23,245 bases of DNA from Myxococcota bacterium (GCA_036149055.1 JAYZQJ010000026.1:1-23245); one strand, 5' to 3'; counted from the first letter of the stretch, positions 1 to 8,812 are shown. Numbers and translations: made by a program. Notes: generated by a model not told the origin, from the sequence alone.

Positions 1-244
1 CGTCGAATTCTGGCCGAGCGCGGGCGCACACCCCGATCGGGCGTGACGATGCCCCTCACCCCTACACCGGAATCATTGGCTTTTTGCCGAATGTCCCCGA
101 CGTGTCGTTTCCGCACGGAGGGGGGCCACGGCCACGGCCGGACCGCGCGCAAAAAAATGCCCCGCGTGACGGATTTGCGCGTGTTTTTTCGGGCAGATAC
201 CGCAGCTTTTCAGCGCTCGCGGAACCTGACCATTCGGCCAGTGT

Positions 245-1081
245 TCAGGCGGCCTTCAGGCGCACCAAGCCGGCGTCCCCGAACAGGCGCGAATGCCACC
301 GCTCGAGGAGGGTGTCCGTCTCGCGCTCTCGGGGATGGAAGTCGGCCCGGTAGTACGCCAGGTAGTCGGGCATCAGCCGGCGCGTGAGCCCCGGGCGGAT
401 CCAGAGGAACCGCGCCACCCGCAGCCACGAGGACGGGCGCCTCGCGCGCCCCACGTCCGCGGCCAGCATGCCGTAGAAGCCGAGCATGAAGAGCAGGAAG
501 AGCGCGGTGGTCAGGGCCATCGTCGCGCGCCGCTCCGCCAGGGTGCCGCCCGCCGCCTGGTAGACGTCGAAGGCCACGTCGGCGTGCTCGACCTCCTCGA
601 AGGCGTGCCACAGCCAGAGCGGCAGCACCGCCGGGTCGATCGCGTCGCGGTGCCGCTCGTCCTCGAGGAGCTGGGCGGCGAGGAGCGCGGTGAAGTGCTC
701 GAGCGCGCACGTCACCCCCAGCTGCTGCCGCGGCGTGAGGAGCGCGTCGGCCCCGTCCCGCAGGATCCACTTCAGCTGCCGCTCGATCGTCTCCGCGGAG
801 GGCAAGCGCCGGGTGAGCGCCCGGTTGAGCGCGAGATGCGCGAAGCCGTGCGCCGCCTCCTGGCCGACGAAGGCGTCGATGCGCCGCTGCAGCTCGGGGT
901 CGCCCTCGGCCGCCGCCCGGTGCGCCTTGACCGCCCGCACGAAGAAGCGCTCGCCCTCGGGGAAGACGGCGCTGAGCGCGTCCCAGAAGAGCGAGACGTC
1001 GACGTCTCCGTCGTACCAGTCGAGCGGGAGGTCCTCGAGGCGGAGCTTCGAGAGGGGGCGGATGACGGGGACTCGGGCCAT
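245..1081 (-). CDS. Predicted metal-dependent hydrolase (Metal_hydrol-type, ferritin-like ExxH motifs), 278 aa
   Basis: Motifs FPEGERFFV, FVGQEAAHGFAH, LEHFTA, LWLWHAFEEVEH and YYRADFHP. Start placed at the second Met (MARVPVIRP, ATG at 1081) of ORF 245..1132. Confidence 0.85.
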   Translation of the reverse strand: MARVPVIRPLSKLRLEDLPLDWYDGDVDVSLFWDALSAVFPEGERFFVRAVKAHRAAAEGDPELQRRIDAFVGQEAAHGFAHLALNRALTRRLPSAETIERQLKWILRDGADALLTPRQQLGVTCALEHFTALLAAQLLEDERHRDAIDPAVLPLWLWHAFEEVEHADVAFDVYQAAGGTLAERRATMALTTALFLLFMLGFYGMLAADVGRARRPSSWLRVARFLWIRPGLTRRLMPDYLAYYRADFHPRERETDTLLERWHSRLFGDAGLVRLKAA

Positions 1082-1136
1082 GGGTTCAATGTCCCGACGC
1101 GGCGGCTCGCCGCCTAGGCCCGGGCGTGCCAACCTC

Positions 1137-2156
1137 TTGTCAATTCAGGCCACGAGCCCCGCGAGCGGCGCTCCTCTCGAGCGCATCCCGGCCGCCCACG
1201 CCCTGCACCTCGTCGACGTGGCGGAGGCGCTCGGGGTCGCGCGGGATCGGCTGTTGCGCCGCTGGGGCGTGACCGAGACCGAGCTGACCGACCCGGAGCG
1301 GTGGCTCGACCTGCCCACCCTCCGCCGCTGGGTCGCGATCACCCGACGGGTCAGCGGCGAGGAGGCGCTCGGGCTCTTCCTCGGCGCGCGCATGCAGGCC
1401 TCCAACCACGGCAGCCTCGGCTTCGCGGCGATGACCGCGCCGACCATCGGCGCCGCGCTGGAGGTGGCGCGGCGCTTCGTGCCGACCCGGACCCACGCGC
1501 TCGCGCTCGACGTGCAGCGGGACGGGGATCGCGCCGCGGTCACGCTCGAGGAGCGGGCCGACTTCGGCGAGGCCCGCGACGTGGTCCTGGTCGCGCTGGT
1601 GGTGGGGATCTGGCGCATCGGGCAGGCGCTGACCGGCCGCGCGCTCTCCGGCGACGTCGACTTCGCGTTCTCGGCCCCGCCCTACGCCGCGCGCTTCGGC
1701 GCCCTCGCGCCCGGCCGCGTCCGCTTCGACCGCCCGGTCACGCGCCTGGTGTTCGAGGCCGAGCTCCTCGAGCTGCCGCTGGTGATGGCCGACCCGGCCG
1801 CCCACCGGCGCGCCTGCGCGCAGTGCGAGGAGCAGCTCCAGGCCCTCTCGCCGCGCTGGACGGACCGGGTGGGCGACGCTCTCCGCGCCTCGCCGCCCCC
1901 CGCGCTCGCCGACGTGGCCCGCGCGCTCGGCGTGTCCGCCCGCACCCTGAAGCGTCGGCTGCGAGACGAGGGCACGAGCTTCGGGACGGTACGCGCGCGC
2001 TCCCTCGGCGCCCGGGCGCAGCGGCTGCTCGAGCGCGGCGCCTCCCTCGACGAATGCGCGGAGGCGCTGGGGTACTGCGACGCGGCGAGCTTCGGGCGCG
2101 CGTTCAAGCGGTGGACCGGCCGCTCGCCAGGCGCGGCTCGCGATCGAAGCGGTTGA
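1137..2156 (+). CDS. AraC family transcriptional regulator (N-terminal ligand-binding domain + HTH), about 339 aa
   Basis: HGSLGFAAMTAPTIGAAL in the N-terminal domain. C-terminal AraC HTH: LADVARALGVSARTLKRRL...LDECAEALGYCDAASFGRAFKRWTGRSP. Start uncertain (TTG 1137 or ATG 1089). Confidence 0.88.
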   Translation: MSIQATSPASGAPLERIPAAHALHLVDVAEALGVARDRLLRRWGVTETELTDPERWLDLPTLRRWVAITRRVSGEEALGLFLGARMQASNHGSLGFAAMTAPTIGAALEVARRFVPTRTHALALDVQRDGDRAAVTLEERADFGEARDVVLVALVVGIWRIGQALTGRALSGDVDFAFSAPPYAARFGALAPGRVRFDRPVTRLVFEAELLELPLVMADPAAHRRACAQCEEQLQALSPRWTDRVGDALRASPPPALADVARALGVSARTLKRRLRDEGTSFGTVRARSLGARAQRLLERGASLDECAEALGYCDAASFGRAFKRWTGRSPGAARDRSG

Positions 2157-2188
2157 CGACACCGCCGTCGGGGAGCGATGACGGCGCC

Positions 2189-2530
2189 ATGGCGGACACG
2201 ACCCCCGACGAAGCGCGCGAGAAGAAGATCGGTTACCTGAACCTGGCGATCTGGGGCGGGCTGACGTTCCTGTTCTGCTGCATCGGCTCGGCGGTGGTCG
2301 GCGTGGCCGGCGCCGACAGCGAGAGCGCCGGCGTGCAGGCCACCTACCTCGCGGCGGGCCCCGCGTGCTGCTCGGTGTCCGGGCTGCTGGGGGCGGTGCT
2401 CGGCATGTTCGCGTTCGCCGGCAAGACGGGGCTGCGCGTCGGCCTGCCGATCGCGCTCGGCGTGCTCGGCGGTCTCTTCGGCGGCATCGGCACGGTCGTC
2501 TTCTTCGAGGCCATCTTCCCGTCGCTCTGA
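2189..2530 (+). CDS. Small membrane protein with about 3 TM helices, 113 aa
   Basis: C-terminal part of ORF 1301..2530 from ATG 2189 (MADTTPDEAREKKIGYLNLAIWGG...). Three hydrophobic stretches and G/C-ending codons. Confidence 0.75.
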   Translation: MADTTPDEAREKKIGYLNLAIWGGLTFLFCCIGSAVVGVAGADSESAGVQATYLAAGPACCSVSGLLGAVLGMFAFAGKTGLRVGLPIALGVLGGLFGGIGTVVFFEAIFPSL

Positions 2531-3246
2531 TGACGTCGCCTCTACGGGTCCGGGCGCGCTGGGTCTTCGCCGGCCAGTCGCGCTCTCTGCTCGACACCGG
2601 TCGGCTGATGGCGCGCTGGGCGGAGGACGCCGCCGCGCTCCTCGCGCCGGAGCTGGAGTGGACCGCGCAGGTGCGCGAGCACGCGGACTACGGGCTGCCC
2701 GGCCAGTGGCAGGCGAGCCACGTGGTGAGCCTCGTGGCCGAGGACGACGGCCGGACGGTGGGCCTCGGCGAGTCGCACCTCGCGGCGGGCGGCAAGGGTC
2801 AGCGCATCGGCGGCAGCGGCCGGGTGATCGTCGAGACCTGCGCGCCGGTGCGCCGCCTCGTCGTCGACAACGGCTGCGATGTGACGCGCTGGGAGCTCGA
2901 CGCCGGCGGGGTCGACGCGCGAGCCCTGGACGCGATGCGCGCGCTCCTCGAGGCGGAGCTGGGGATCCCGGCCGCGGTCGAGGAGACGGAGCGGGAGCCG
3001 CTCGACCCCGAGCCCTTGCGGCTGGACGGCTCCGCCGAGGATCTCGCGCTCTGGGAGCCGGATCTGCGGGCGGCCGGGTTCACCGCCCAGCGGAGCGGCG
3101 GCGGGCTCCTGGTCGAGCGCGCCCGGTTCGCCGACGTCGCCGCGCTCCACGCCGGCCGGATCACGCTCGGCGAGATCTTCGCCGAGGCCGGGTTCGACGA
3201 CTGGGAGGACCGCGCGCTCGACGCGCTGTTGTCCCTCCCGTCGTGA
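2530..3246 (+). CDS. Hypothetical protein, 238 aa
   Basis: ATG overlaps the upstream stop (TGATG at 2528-2532). Normal protein composition and GC3-biased codons. No family recognised. Confidence 0.7.
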   Translation: MTSPLRVRARWVFAGQSRSLLDTGRLMARWAEDAAALLAPELEWTAQVREHADYGLPGQWQASHVVSLVAEDDGRTVGLGESHLAAGGKGQRIGGSGRVIVETCAPVRRLVVDNGCDVTRWELDAGGVDARALDAMRALLEAELGIPAAVEETEREPLDPEPLRLDGSAEDLALWEPDLRAAGFTAQRSGGGLLVERARFADVAALHAGRITLGEIFAEAGFDDWEDRALDALLSLPS

Positions 3247-3396
3247 CCCGCGGCGGGCCCGCCCCGGTGCGCGGCGACCCGTGTCCAGGCCGTGACCGCG
3301 CGCCGAGAGAGGCCCCGCGCCCCACCCCATCGTCGCCCGCCCCAGGAGGACGAGGCGCGAACGACGCGGGGCCGGGCGCGAGACTCGAGGGGTCGG

Positions 3397-3999
3397 CTAC
3401 TCGCTGGGCGGGCCGAGGAACGGGAAGGTCGGGGTCTGCGCGCCGTCGTCGGCGGTGACGGTGTCGTCCACGCCGTCGAGCGCGCCGGCGGCGAGCACCG
3501 AGTAGCTGCGCTCGATGACGTCGTCCGACGGGGTCCGCCCGCCGCAGCCGCCCATGCCCTCCGGCACCGCGCCGACGACCTCCGCCTCGAGCCCGAGGTA
3601 GGTCCCGCAGGTCGTGCGCTCGGTGTGCACGTAGAGGCGGTCGTCGAGGAGGATGGTCGCGAGGGTCTCGTAGCGGCCCGCCTCGGCGGTCTCGCCGGCG
3701 AGCAGCTGGTTGCCGCAGGTCGCGTCGAGCGCGTCGAGGATGGCGAGGCTCGTCTGGACGGTGCCCATGAACGCGCCGGCGGTCGAGGGCGTCGCCGCGT
3801 TGTAGCGGTCCTTGGCCTCGTCCTTCGCGGCCGAGTCGCCGTTGAAGGTCTCGACCAGCGCGGTGCTGATCGCGGGCCGGCCGGTGCGGTCGATCTGCGC
3901 GCCGAGCGCGGGGCGGCCGTCGCGACCGTAGAAGCCCTCGGCCGAGCCGCAGCCGAGCGCGAGGAGAGCGATGGAGATCGTGATCGTACGGGTGATCAT
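3397..3999 (-). CDS. DUF4331-family lipoprotein (C-terminal-half type), 200 aa
   Basis: From ATG 3999: lipoprotein signal MITRTITISIALLALGC. Motifs QIDRTGRPAISTAL, GRTPSDDVI and FPFLGPP. AAGGA SD-like sequence upstream. Confidence 0.75.
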   Translation of the reverse strand: MITRTITISIALLALGCGSAEGFYGRDGRPALGAQIDRTGRPAISTALVETFNGDSAAKDEAKDRYNAATPSTAGAFMGTVQTSLAILDALDATCGNQLLAGETAEAGRYETLATILLDDRLYVHTERTTCGTYLGLEAEVVGAVPEGMGGCGGRTPSDDVIERSYSVLAAGALDGVDDTVTADDGAQTPTFPFLGPPSE

Positions 4000-4016
4000 G
4001 GCGTGTCCTTCTCTGC

Positions 4017-4739
4017 TCAAGGGGCCCGGTGAGTGCTCGCCCACACGGCGACCAACGGGCCGCCGGGGGTGACCAGCGCGGGATCGAGCTGGACGACGAG
4101 GGAGAGGACGTCGGCGCCGGCGAAGGTGTCGCTGGCCGGAGCCCCGCCCTCGCCCGACTGCAGCTGCCCGACGATGGCGTTGGCGGTGTCGGCGTCGACC
4201 GTGGGGCAGCCCGCGGGATCGAACTCGAGCGCGCCGGCCGCGGAGACCACGGTGCTCACCGCGTTGGTGAACCCGGTGAACTCCATGAAGAACGGGTCGT
4301 TGCGCCGCCCGGCGAAGACGCGGATGCCGCCCCCGTCGCTGACGATCCCGGCGGGGTCGGTCGGGTCCCCGGCCACGTACTGGTCGCCGACCCAGCACTC
4401 GATGGCCGTCGGCTCGCTGAACTGGCACTGCACCTCGGTCTCGGTCGTGGCCTCGCCGTAGGCGGTCGTGCTCCCCACGTGGAAGACGTACTGGACCGAG
4501 TCCGAGAACTGCGCGTCGGCGCCGGCGAACGGGTTGACGTCCATGACCAGGTTGAGGCGGGTCTCCCCGTCGACCTGGGTGTTCCAGGCGAAGAGGTCGG
4601 TGATGTCGGCGGTGGGCTCCGCCACGGCGGCGGGGCTGTCGATGTGGTCGGCCGCCTGCACCCACGAGCTCGCGATGGCGAGCGAGAGCGCGGTGAGTGA
4701 GAGCCCGCCCAGGAGGATGGGCCTGCTTCGTGTTCGCAT
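4017..4739 (-). CDS. DUF4331-family secreted protein (N-terminal-half type), 240 aa
   Basis: Signal peptide ending VQA, then ADHIDSP, DITDLFAW, FAGRRNDPFF, DTFAGADVLSLVVQL and VWAST. GGAG upstream of the ATG. Confidence 0.8.
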   Translation of the reverse strand: MRTRSRPILLGGLSLTALSLAIASSWVQAADHIDSPAAVAEPTADITDLFAWNTQVDGETRLNLVMDVNPFAGADAQFSDSVQYVFHVGSTTAYGEATTETEVQCQFSEPTAIECWVGDQYVAGDPTDPAGIVSDGGGIRVFAGRRNDPFFMEFTGFTNAVSTVVSAAGALEFDPAGCPTVDADTANAIVGQLQSGEGGAPASDTFAGADVLSLVVQLDPALVTPGGPLVAVWASTHRAP

Positions 4740-4776
4740 GAGTTTCTCCAGGGGTTGGTTGATTCCCCGGAGCCTC

Positions 4777-4801
4777 TACGGGGCACGCCCGCGATCGGTT
4801 C
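4777..4801 (-). promoter_or_regulatory. Candidate ECF-sigma promoter for the DUF4331 pair
   Basis: Minus strand reads GAACC-N16-CGTA, about 38 nt upstream of the ATG at 4739. This matches the general ECF AAC...CGT consensus. Confidence 0.5.
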
Positions 4802-4819
4802 GGTGGTACGATGCCGGCC

Positions 4820-6451
4820 ATGCTTCGCTCCTGCGCGAGACTGGCGCTCTGCCTGCTCCTGGTCCCGATCGCCGCCTCGTGCGGCGCCGACGTGGCGGCT
4901 CCCGCCCTCGCCCTGAACGACCCGCTCGACGCCATCGACAACGTCGAGGGGAACCTCCGGCTCTTCGTGCTGCCGGCCGAGACCTACGCCTGTGAGGAGG
5001 CGTCGGGCCTGGTCACGCCGGAGGTGCCGGACCTGCCCGAGGGCATGTTCACGGAGGCGGTGGCGGACGTCTCGCTCGAGATCGGCGCGATGACCGGCAC
5101 CGAGCTCGACGTGGTCACCGGCGACTACGTCATCCTGGTGCGCGGCAAGGGCACCGACCCCGTGAGCGGCCGCCGCGACGTCTTCGTCGCCTCCGGCTGC
5201 ACCCGCGCCGCGATCATGGCCGGCGAGACGCGCGAGGTGCGGGTCCGCCTCGAGCCCATCGAGGACGCCGGGGTCTGCGGCGACGGCGTGCTCTCGCCCG
5301 ACGAGCAGTGTGAGGACGGCGGCACCGCGCCCGGCGACGGCTGCGACGCGAGCTGCCGGACCGAGCCCTTCGCGGTCAACACGATGACCGGCGGCGTGCA
5401 GAACAACCCCTCGGTGGGCGGCGCGTCCGGTCAGCGCTGGATCACCGCGTTCGACTCGGACAACACCGCGACGTTCGTGCGCCTCTTCGAGGCGGACGGC
5501 TCGGTGATCGAGACGCCGAGCGTGCTGATGAACGAGAGCGACCTCGACGACGTCGCGCCCGACGTCGGCGCGGGCACCCAGCTGCTCTCGTCGGTCGCGG
5601 TCCACTCGAGCGGCCGGATCGGGATCGCCTTCGTGGACTTCGCGGGCGGCCCGAGCGACATCCGGGTGCTCTTCACCGGCCCCAACCGCGCGCCCGAGGG
5701 GAACACCGCGCTGGTGGTCGACGGCCGCGCGACGAACCCGCGGATCGCCTTCGCGGGCGACGGCGCGGCGATGGTCGTCTACGAGGACATGGACTCGAGC
5801 ACCGGCCTGTCGGGCCAGGTCTTCGCGCCCGGGGCGATCACGCCCGCCATGGCGACGCCCTTCGAGGTCGGCGTGAGCGGCGGGTCCGCGCCCGCCATCG
5901 CGGGCACCGCCAGCGGCTTCGTCGTCGCCTTCGTGGCCGGCGGTCAGGTGCAGGTGCAGCGCTTCGGCGCGGACGGCAGCGCGACGGACGCGCCGGCCCC
6001 GGTCGCCGCGGGCAGCATGCAGTCCGAGCCGGCGGTGGGCGCGCTCGCGGACGGCGCGCACCTCGTGGCCTGGCGTCAGGGCGGGGGCGACGGGGACGGC
6101 GCGGGGAGCGGCATCCGCGCGGTCGCGTTCGACGCGGCGGGCGAAGGCGGCGCCCCGTTCATCGTCAACAGCACCACCGCGGGCGACCAGGGCGCGCCGG
6201 CGATCGCGGCCGGCAACGGCGCCTACGCGGTGGCCTTCACCAGCGGCGGCGCCGTCCGGGTCCGGCTCCTGAACGACACGGGGACCGAGCGCCAGAACCG
6301 CCTGCAGCCCCGCACCAGCGACGACTTCGAGCTCGCGCCGGCCGGGACGCAGCCGCGCCTCGCCGCCGGCGGCCCCGGCGACACGCCGCACTTCCTCGCG
6401 GTCTGGAACCAGGGCGACGACATCTTCGCCCGCCTCCACCCGCTGCCCTGA
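4820..6451 (+). CDS. Lipoprotein with a Myxococcus cysteine-rich repeat (DUF4215-like) and a repetitive beta-rich C-terminal domain, about 543 aa
   Basis: Lipobox LLLVPIAASC. Cys repeat CGDGVLSPDEQCEDGGTAPGDGCDASCRTE. Recurring units PFAVNTMTGGVQNNPSV, PFIVNSTTAGDQGAPAIA and SMQSEPAVGAL. Alternative start at ATG 4811. Confidence 0.8.
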   Translation: MLRSCARLALCLLLVPIAASCGADVAAPALALNDPLDAIDNVEGNLRLFVLPAETYACEEASGLVTPEVPDLPEGMFTEAVADVSLEIGAMTGTELDVVTGDYVILVRGKGTDPVSGRRDVFVASGCTRAAIMAGETREVRVRLEPIEDAGVCGDGVLSPDEQCEDGGTAPGDGCDASCRTEPFAVNTMTGGVQNNPSVGGASGQRWITAFDSDNTATFVRLFEADGSVIETPSVLMNESDLDDVAPDVGAGTQLLSSVAVHSSGRIGIAFVDFAGGPSDIRVLFTGPNRAPEGNTALVVDGRATNPRIAFAGDGAAMVVYEDMDSSTGLSGQVFAPGAITPAMATPFEVGVSGGSAPAIAGTASGFVVAFVAGGQVQVQRFGADGSATDAPAPVAAGSMQSEPAVGALADGAHLVAWRQGGGDGDGAGSGIRAVAFDAAGEGGAPFIVNSTTAGDQGAPAIAAGNGAYAVAFTSGGAVRVRLLNDTGTERQNRLQPRTSDDFELAPAGTQPRLAAGGPGDTPHFLAVWNQGDDIFARLHPLP

Positions 6452-6455
6452 GCGG

Positions 6456-8099
6456 TCACTCCGAGGCGCGGGCGCGGGCCTCGGCGAGGTGGGCCTCGCG
6501 GGTCCGCCCCTCCGCCTCGTAGAGCGCGGCCAGCGCGGCGTAGCCCTCGGCGGTCGGCGCCTCCTCGAGCGCCGCCTCGAGCACCGCCGCGCGGTCGTGT
6601 CCGGCGGGGTCCCAGCTCCGGGTGATGAGGGCCAGCGCGTCCTGGATCTCGCGGTGCTCCGGGCGCGGGTCGAGGAGCAGCGGCCACGCGATCAGGGCGG
6701 CGAGGGGCGGCCCGAGCAGGAGCGAGGTCCAGCGCGTCCAGCCGCTCCGGCCCTGCCAGGCGATCAGGGCCAGCGTTCCGAGCCCGAGCAGCGCGAGCGG
6801 CGCCAGCGAGACGGTGCCCCAGACCCCGAAGAGGTTGGCCGCGGCGTGGGGCGCGTAGTCGTGCGCCATCAGCACCCGCACGATCTGGGAGACCGGCCGG
6901 TCGATCGGGATCGGGTAATGCGGGTAGTAGATCGACGGGACCGCGCTGAGCAGGAGGCCGACCCCGGTGGTGGCCACGGCGAGCGTGCCGGCCAGCCAGG
7001 CGGCTCGGCGGCCGACCCGCTCGAGGCCCACCAGCGCCGGCCAGGCGAGGAACGGGTAGAGCAGCGCCAGGTAGCGCGGCCCGATCACCCAGCCCCCGTT
7101 CCAGTTGATCATGAAGCAGATCACCACCGTGGTGACCACGCAGATGGACAGCGCGACCAGGGCGTCCAGCCGGGTCCGGCGGCGCCACAGCAGGACGGCG
7201 AGCCCGAGCAGGGCGAAGGCCAGGATCGGCGTGAGCGGGAGCAGCCCCTTGCCCGGGTGCACGAGCAGGCCGTAGAGCGCGTCCCACTGGAAGTCCTTCG
7301 CGCCGAAGAAGCCCTGCTCGTGGATCTCCCGGAAGGCGTCGGTCTCGACGTAGCGGTGGCCGGGCGTCAGCGGGTTGCCGAACGCGCGCCACTGGAAGTG
7401 CATCACCGAGAGGGTCGGGAGCAGCGCGCCGACGCCGAACGGGATCCAGCGCCGGGGCCGGAGCGCCACCAGCGCGAACAGGGTGAGGATCGCCGAGGCG
7501 ATGAAGCCCGGGTACTCGAGCCAGCTGATCGCGGCCGTCAGCAGGCCGGCCAGGGCCGCCCTCCCCCACCGCGCGCGCCCGGCGTGCCACGCGTCGGAGA
7601 GCAGCATGAAGGCGCCGAAGGCGGCGGCCGCGCTGGTGGTGTGGCTGACGAAGAGCAGCCCGTAGCCGTAGAGGCAGCTCCCGAGGGCCACCGAGAAGAA
7701 GACCGCGTCGCGCAGCAGCCCGCTCCCCGACGCCCGGCCGAGCCAGCGGTGGAAGTAGAAGAGGAAGAGCAGCCACGGGAGGATCGTGCCGGTGACCCGG
7801 CAGACCCAGAGGGCCACCGTCCGGTCGAGCTCCTGGCCGCGCCACTCGGTCCACGCGTAGTAGAGGGAGTAGCCCGGGACCCCGAGCAGGCTCGTGCCCG
7901 GCGCCTTCACGCTGTAGGCGTGGCCGTCCTTGACCGCGCAGTCGTTGGTCCAGCCCCAGCGCGCCCGGTAGTCGTCGACGACGTAGGTGCCCTGCTCGGC
8001 GATCGCCGCCGTCATGTAGAGGCGCGCGTTCTCGTTGGGGTTGTTGATGCCGGGCTGGTACGGGAAGACGTAGAGGTAGGCCGCGGCGCACACGAGCAT
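6456..8099 (-). CDS. Polytopic membrane protein, probable GT-C-fold glycosyltransferase-like
   Basis: About 10 or more hydrophobic segments. Large first loop NENARLYMTAAIAEQG...DGHAYSVKAPG. Late motif WNGGWVIGPRYL. Short TPR-like C-terminal tail. Confidence 0.65.
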   Translation of the reverse strand: MLVCAAAYLYVFPYQPGINNPNENARLYMTAAIAEQGTYVVDDYRARWGWTNDCAVKDGHAYSVKAPGTSLLGVPGYSLYYAWTEWRGQELDRTVALWVCRVTGTILPWLLFLFYFHRWLGRASGSGLLRDAVFFSVALGSCLYGYGLLFVSHTTSAAAAFGAFMLLSDAWHAGRARWGRAALAGLLTAAISWLEYPGFIASAILTLFALVALRPRRWIPFGVGALLPTLSVMHFQWRAFGNPLTPGHRYVETDAFREIHEQGFFGAKDFQWDALYGLLVHPGKGLLPLTPILAFALLGLAVLLWRRRTRLDALVALSICVVTTVVICFMINWNGGWVIGPRYLALLYPFLAWPALVGLERVGRRAAWLAGTLAVATTGVGLLLSAVPSIYYPHYPIPIDRPVSQIVRVLMAHDYAPHAAANLFGVWGTVSLAPLALLGLGTLALIAWQGRSGWTRWTSLLLGPPLAALIAWPLLLDPRPEHREIQDALALITRSWDPAGHDRAAVLEAALEEAPTAEGYAALAALYEAEGRTREAHLAEARARASE

Positions 8100-8338
8100 C
8101 GCAGTCCAGGTCCATCTCCGGCTCGGCAGCGCGCGCAGCGGGTCCTCCGGCCGGCTTCATACCGCCCCCGCGGGCTCGTGGCACCCTCTCACTTCCCTGG
8201 CGATCTCCACGGCTTCGGCCCGGCTTGACCGGAGGGGGGACCGCCGGTAGAACCGCGTCGCGGCGCACGAGCGCCCGAGGGGCGCGTCGCCCCCGCGAGT
8301 GTCCCGCTCACCGAAGGACCCGGAAGGACTGCGCCAAG

Positions 8339-8812
8339 GTGGCGGAGCGCGAGACCGAGACCGATCGAGAGGACCCCCGACGCGAGAGCCGCCGCTCCCG
8401 CTCGCTCGGCCGCGGCATCGCGACCGCCGTGGTGGTCGCCGGTCTCGTCTACCTGTGCTTCGTCGGGTTCTACTCGGTGATCCCCCAGGTCTTCTGGCCC
8501 GAGCGGGGCGAGGCGCCCGACGGCGTGAGCTGCGCCGCCGGCCTGACCGACCTCCGCGGGGAGCTGCTGGCGCGCGCGGGCGATCGGGTCGCGAGCGGCG
8601 GCGGCGATCAGGCCTCGCTGACCACCTGGCTCGACGGCTGGGACCGGCGCCACCTCGCCCTCGAGGCGCGCTGCGATGGAGAGAGACACGACGCCTGGCA
8701 GGTCCTGGGCCGCCTGCGTCAACGCCTTCAGGGCACCCTGGAGCGATTCGACGCCGAAGAAGGCGGTTTCGCTCGCGACATGGACTCGAGACTGGCCGCG
8801 ATCGGCCAGTGA
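8339..8812 (+). CDS. Hypothetical single-TM protein, 157 aa
   Basis: GTG 8339 follows GGAAGGA. TM segment GIATAVVVAGLVYLCFVGFYSVI, then a helical domain with two Cys. Confidence 0.7.
   Translation: MAERETETDREDPRRESRRSRSLGRGIATAVVVAGLVYLCFVGFYSVIPQVFWPERGEAPDGVSCAAGLTDLRGELLARAGDRVASGGGDQASLTTWLDGWDRRHLALEARCDGERHDAWQVLGRLRQRLQGTLERFDAEEGGFARDMDSRLAAIGQ

Noticed and set aside
43..387. Short ORFs 43..387 and 84..353
   Set aside because: They have poor codon bias, overlap the hydrolase gene antisense, and contain no recognisable motifs.
3311..3373. Inverted repeat GGCCCCGCG...CGCGGGGCC between convergent genes
   Set aside because: All-GC 9-bp arms with a long loop and no U tract could arise by chance at this GC content.
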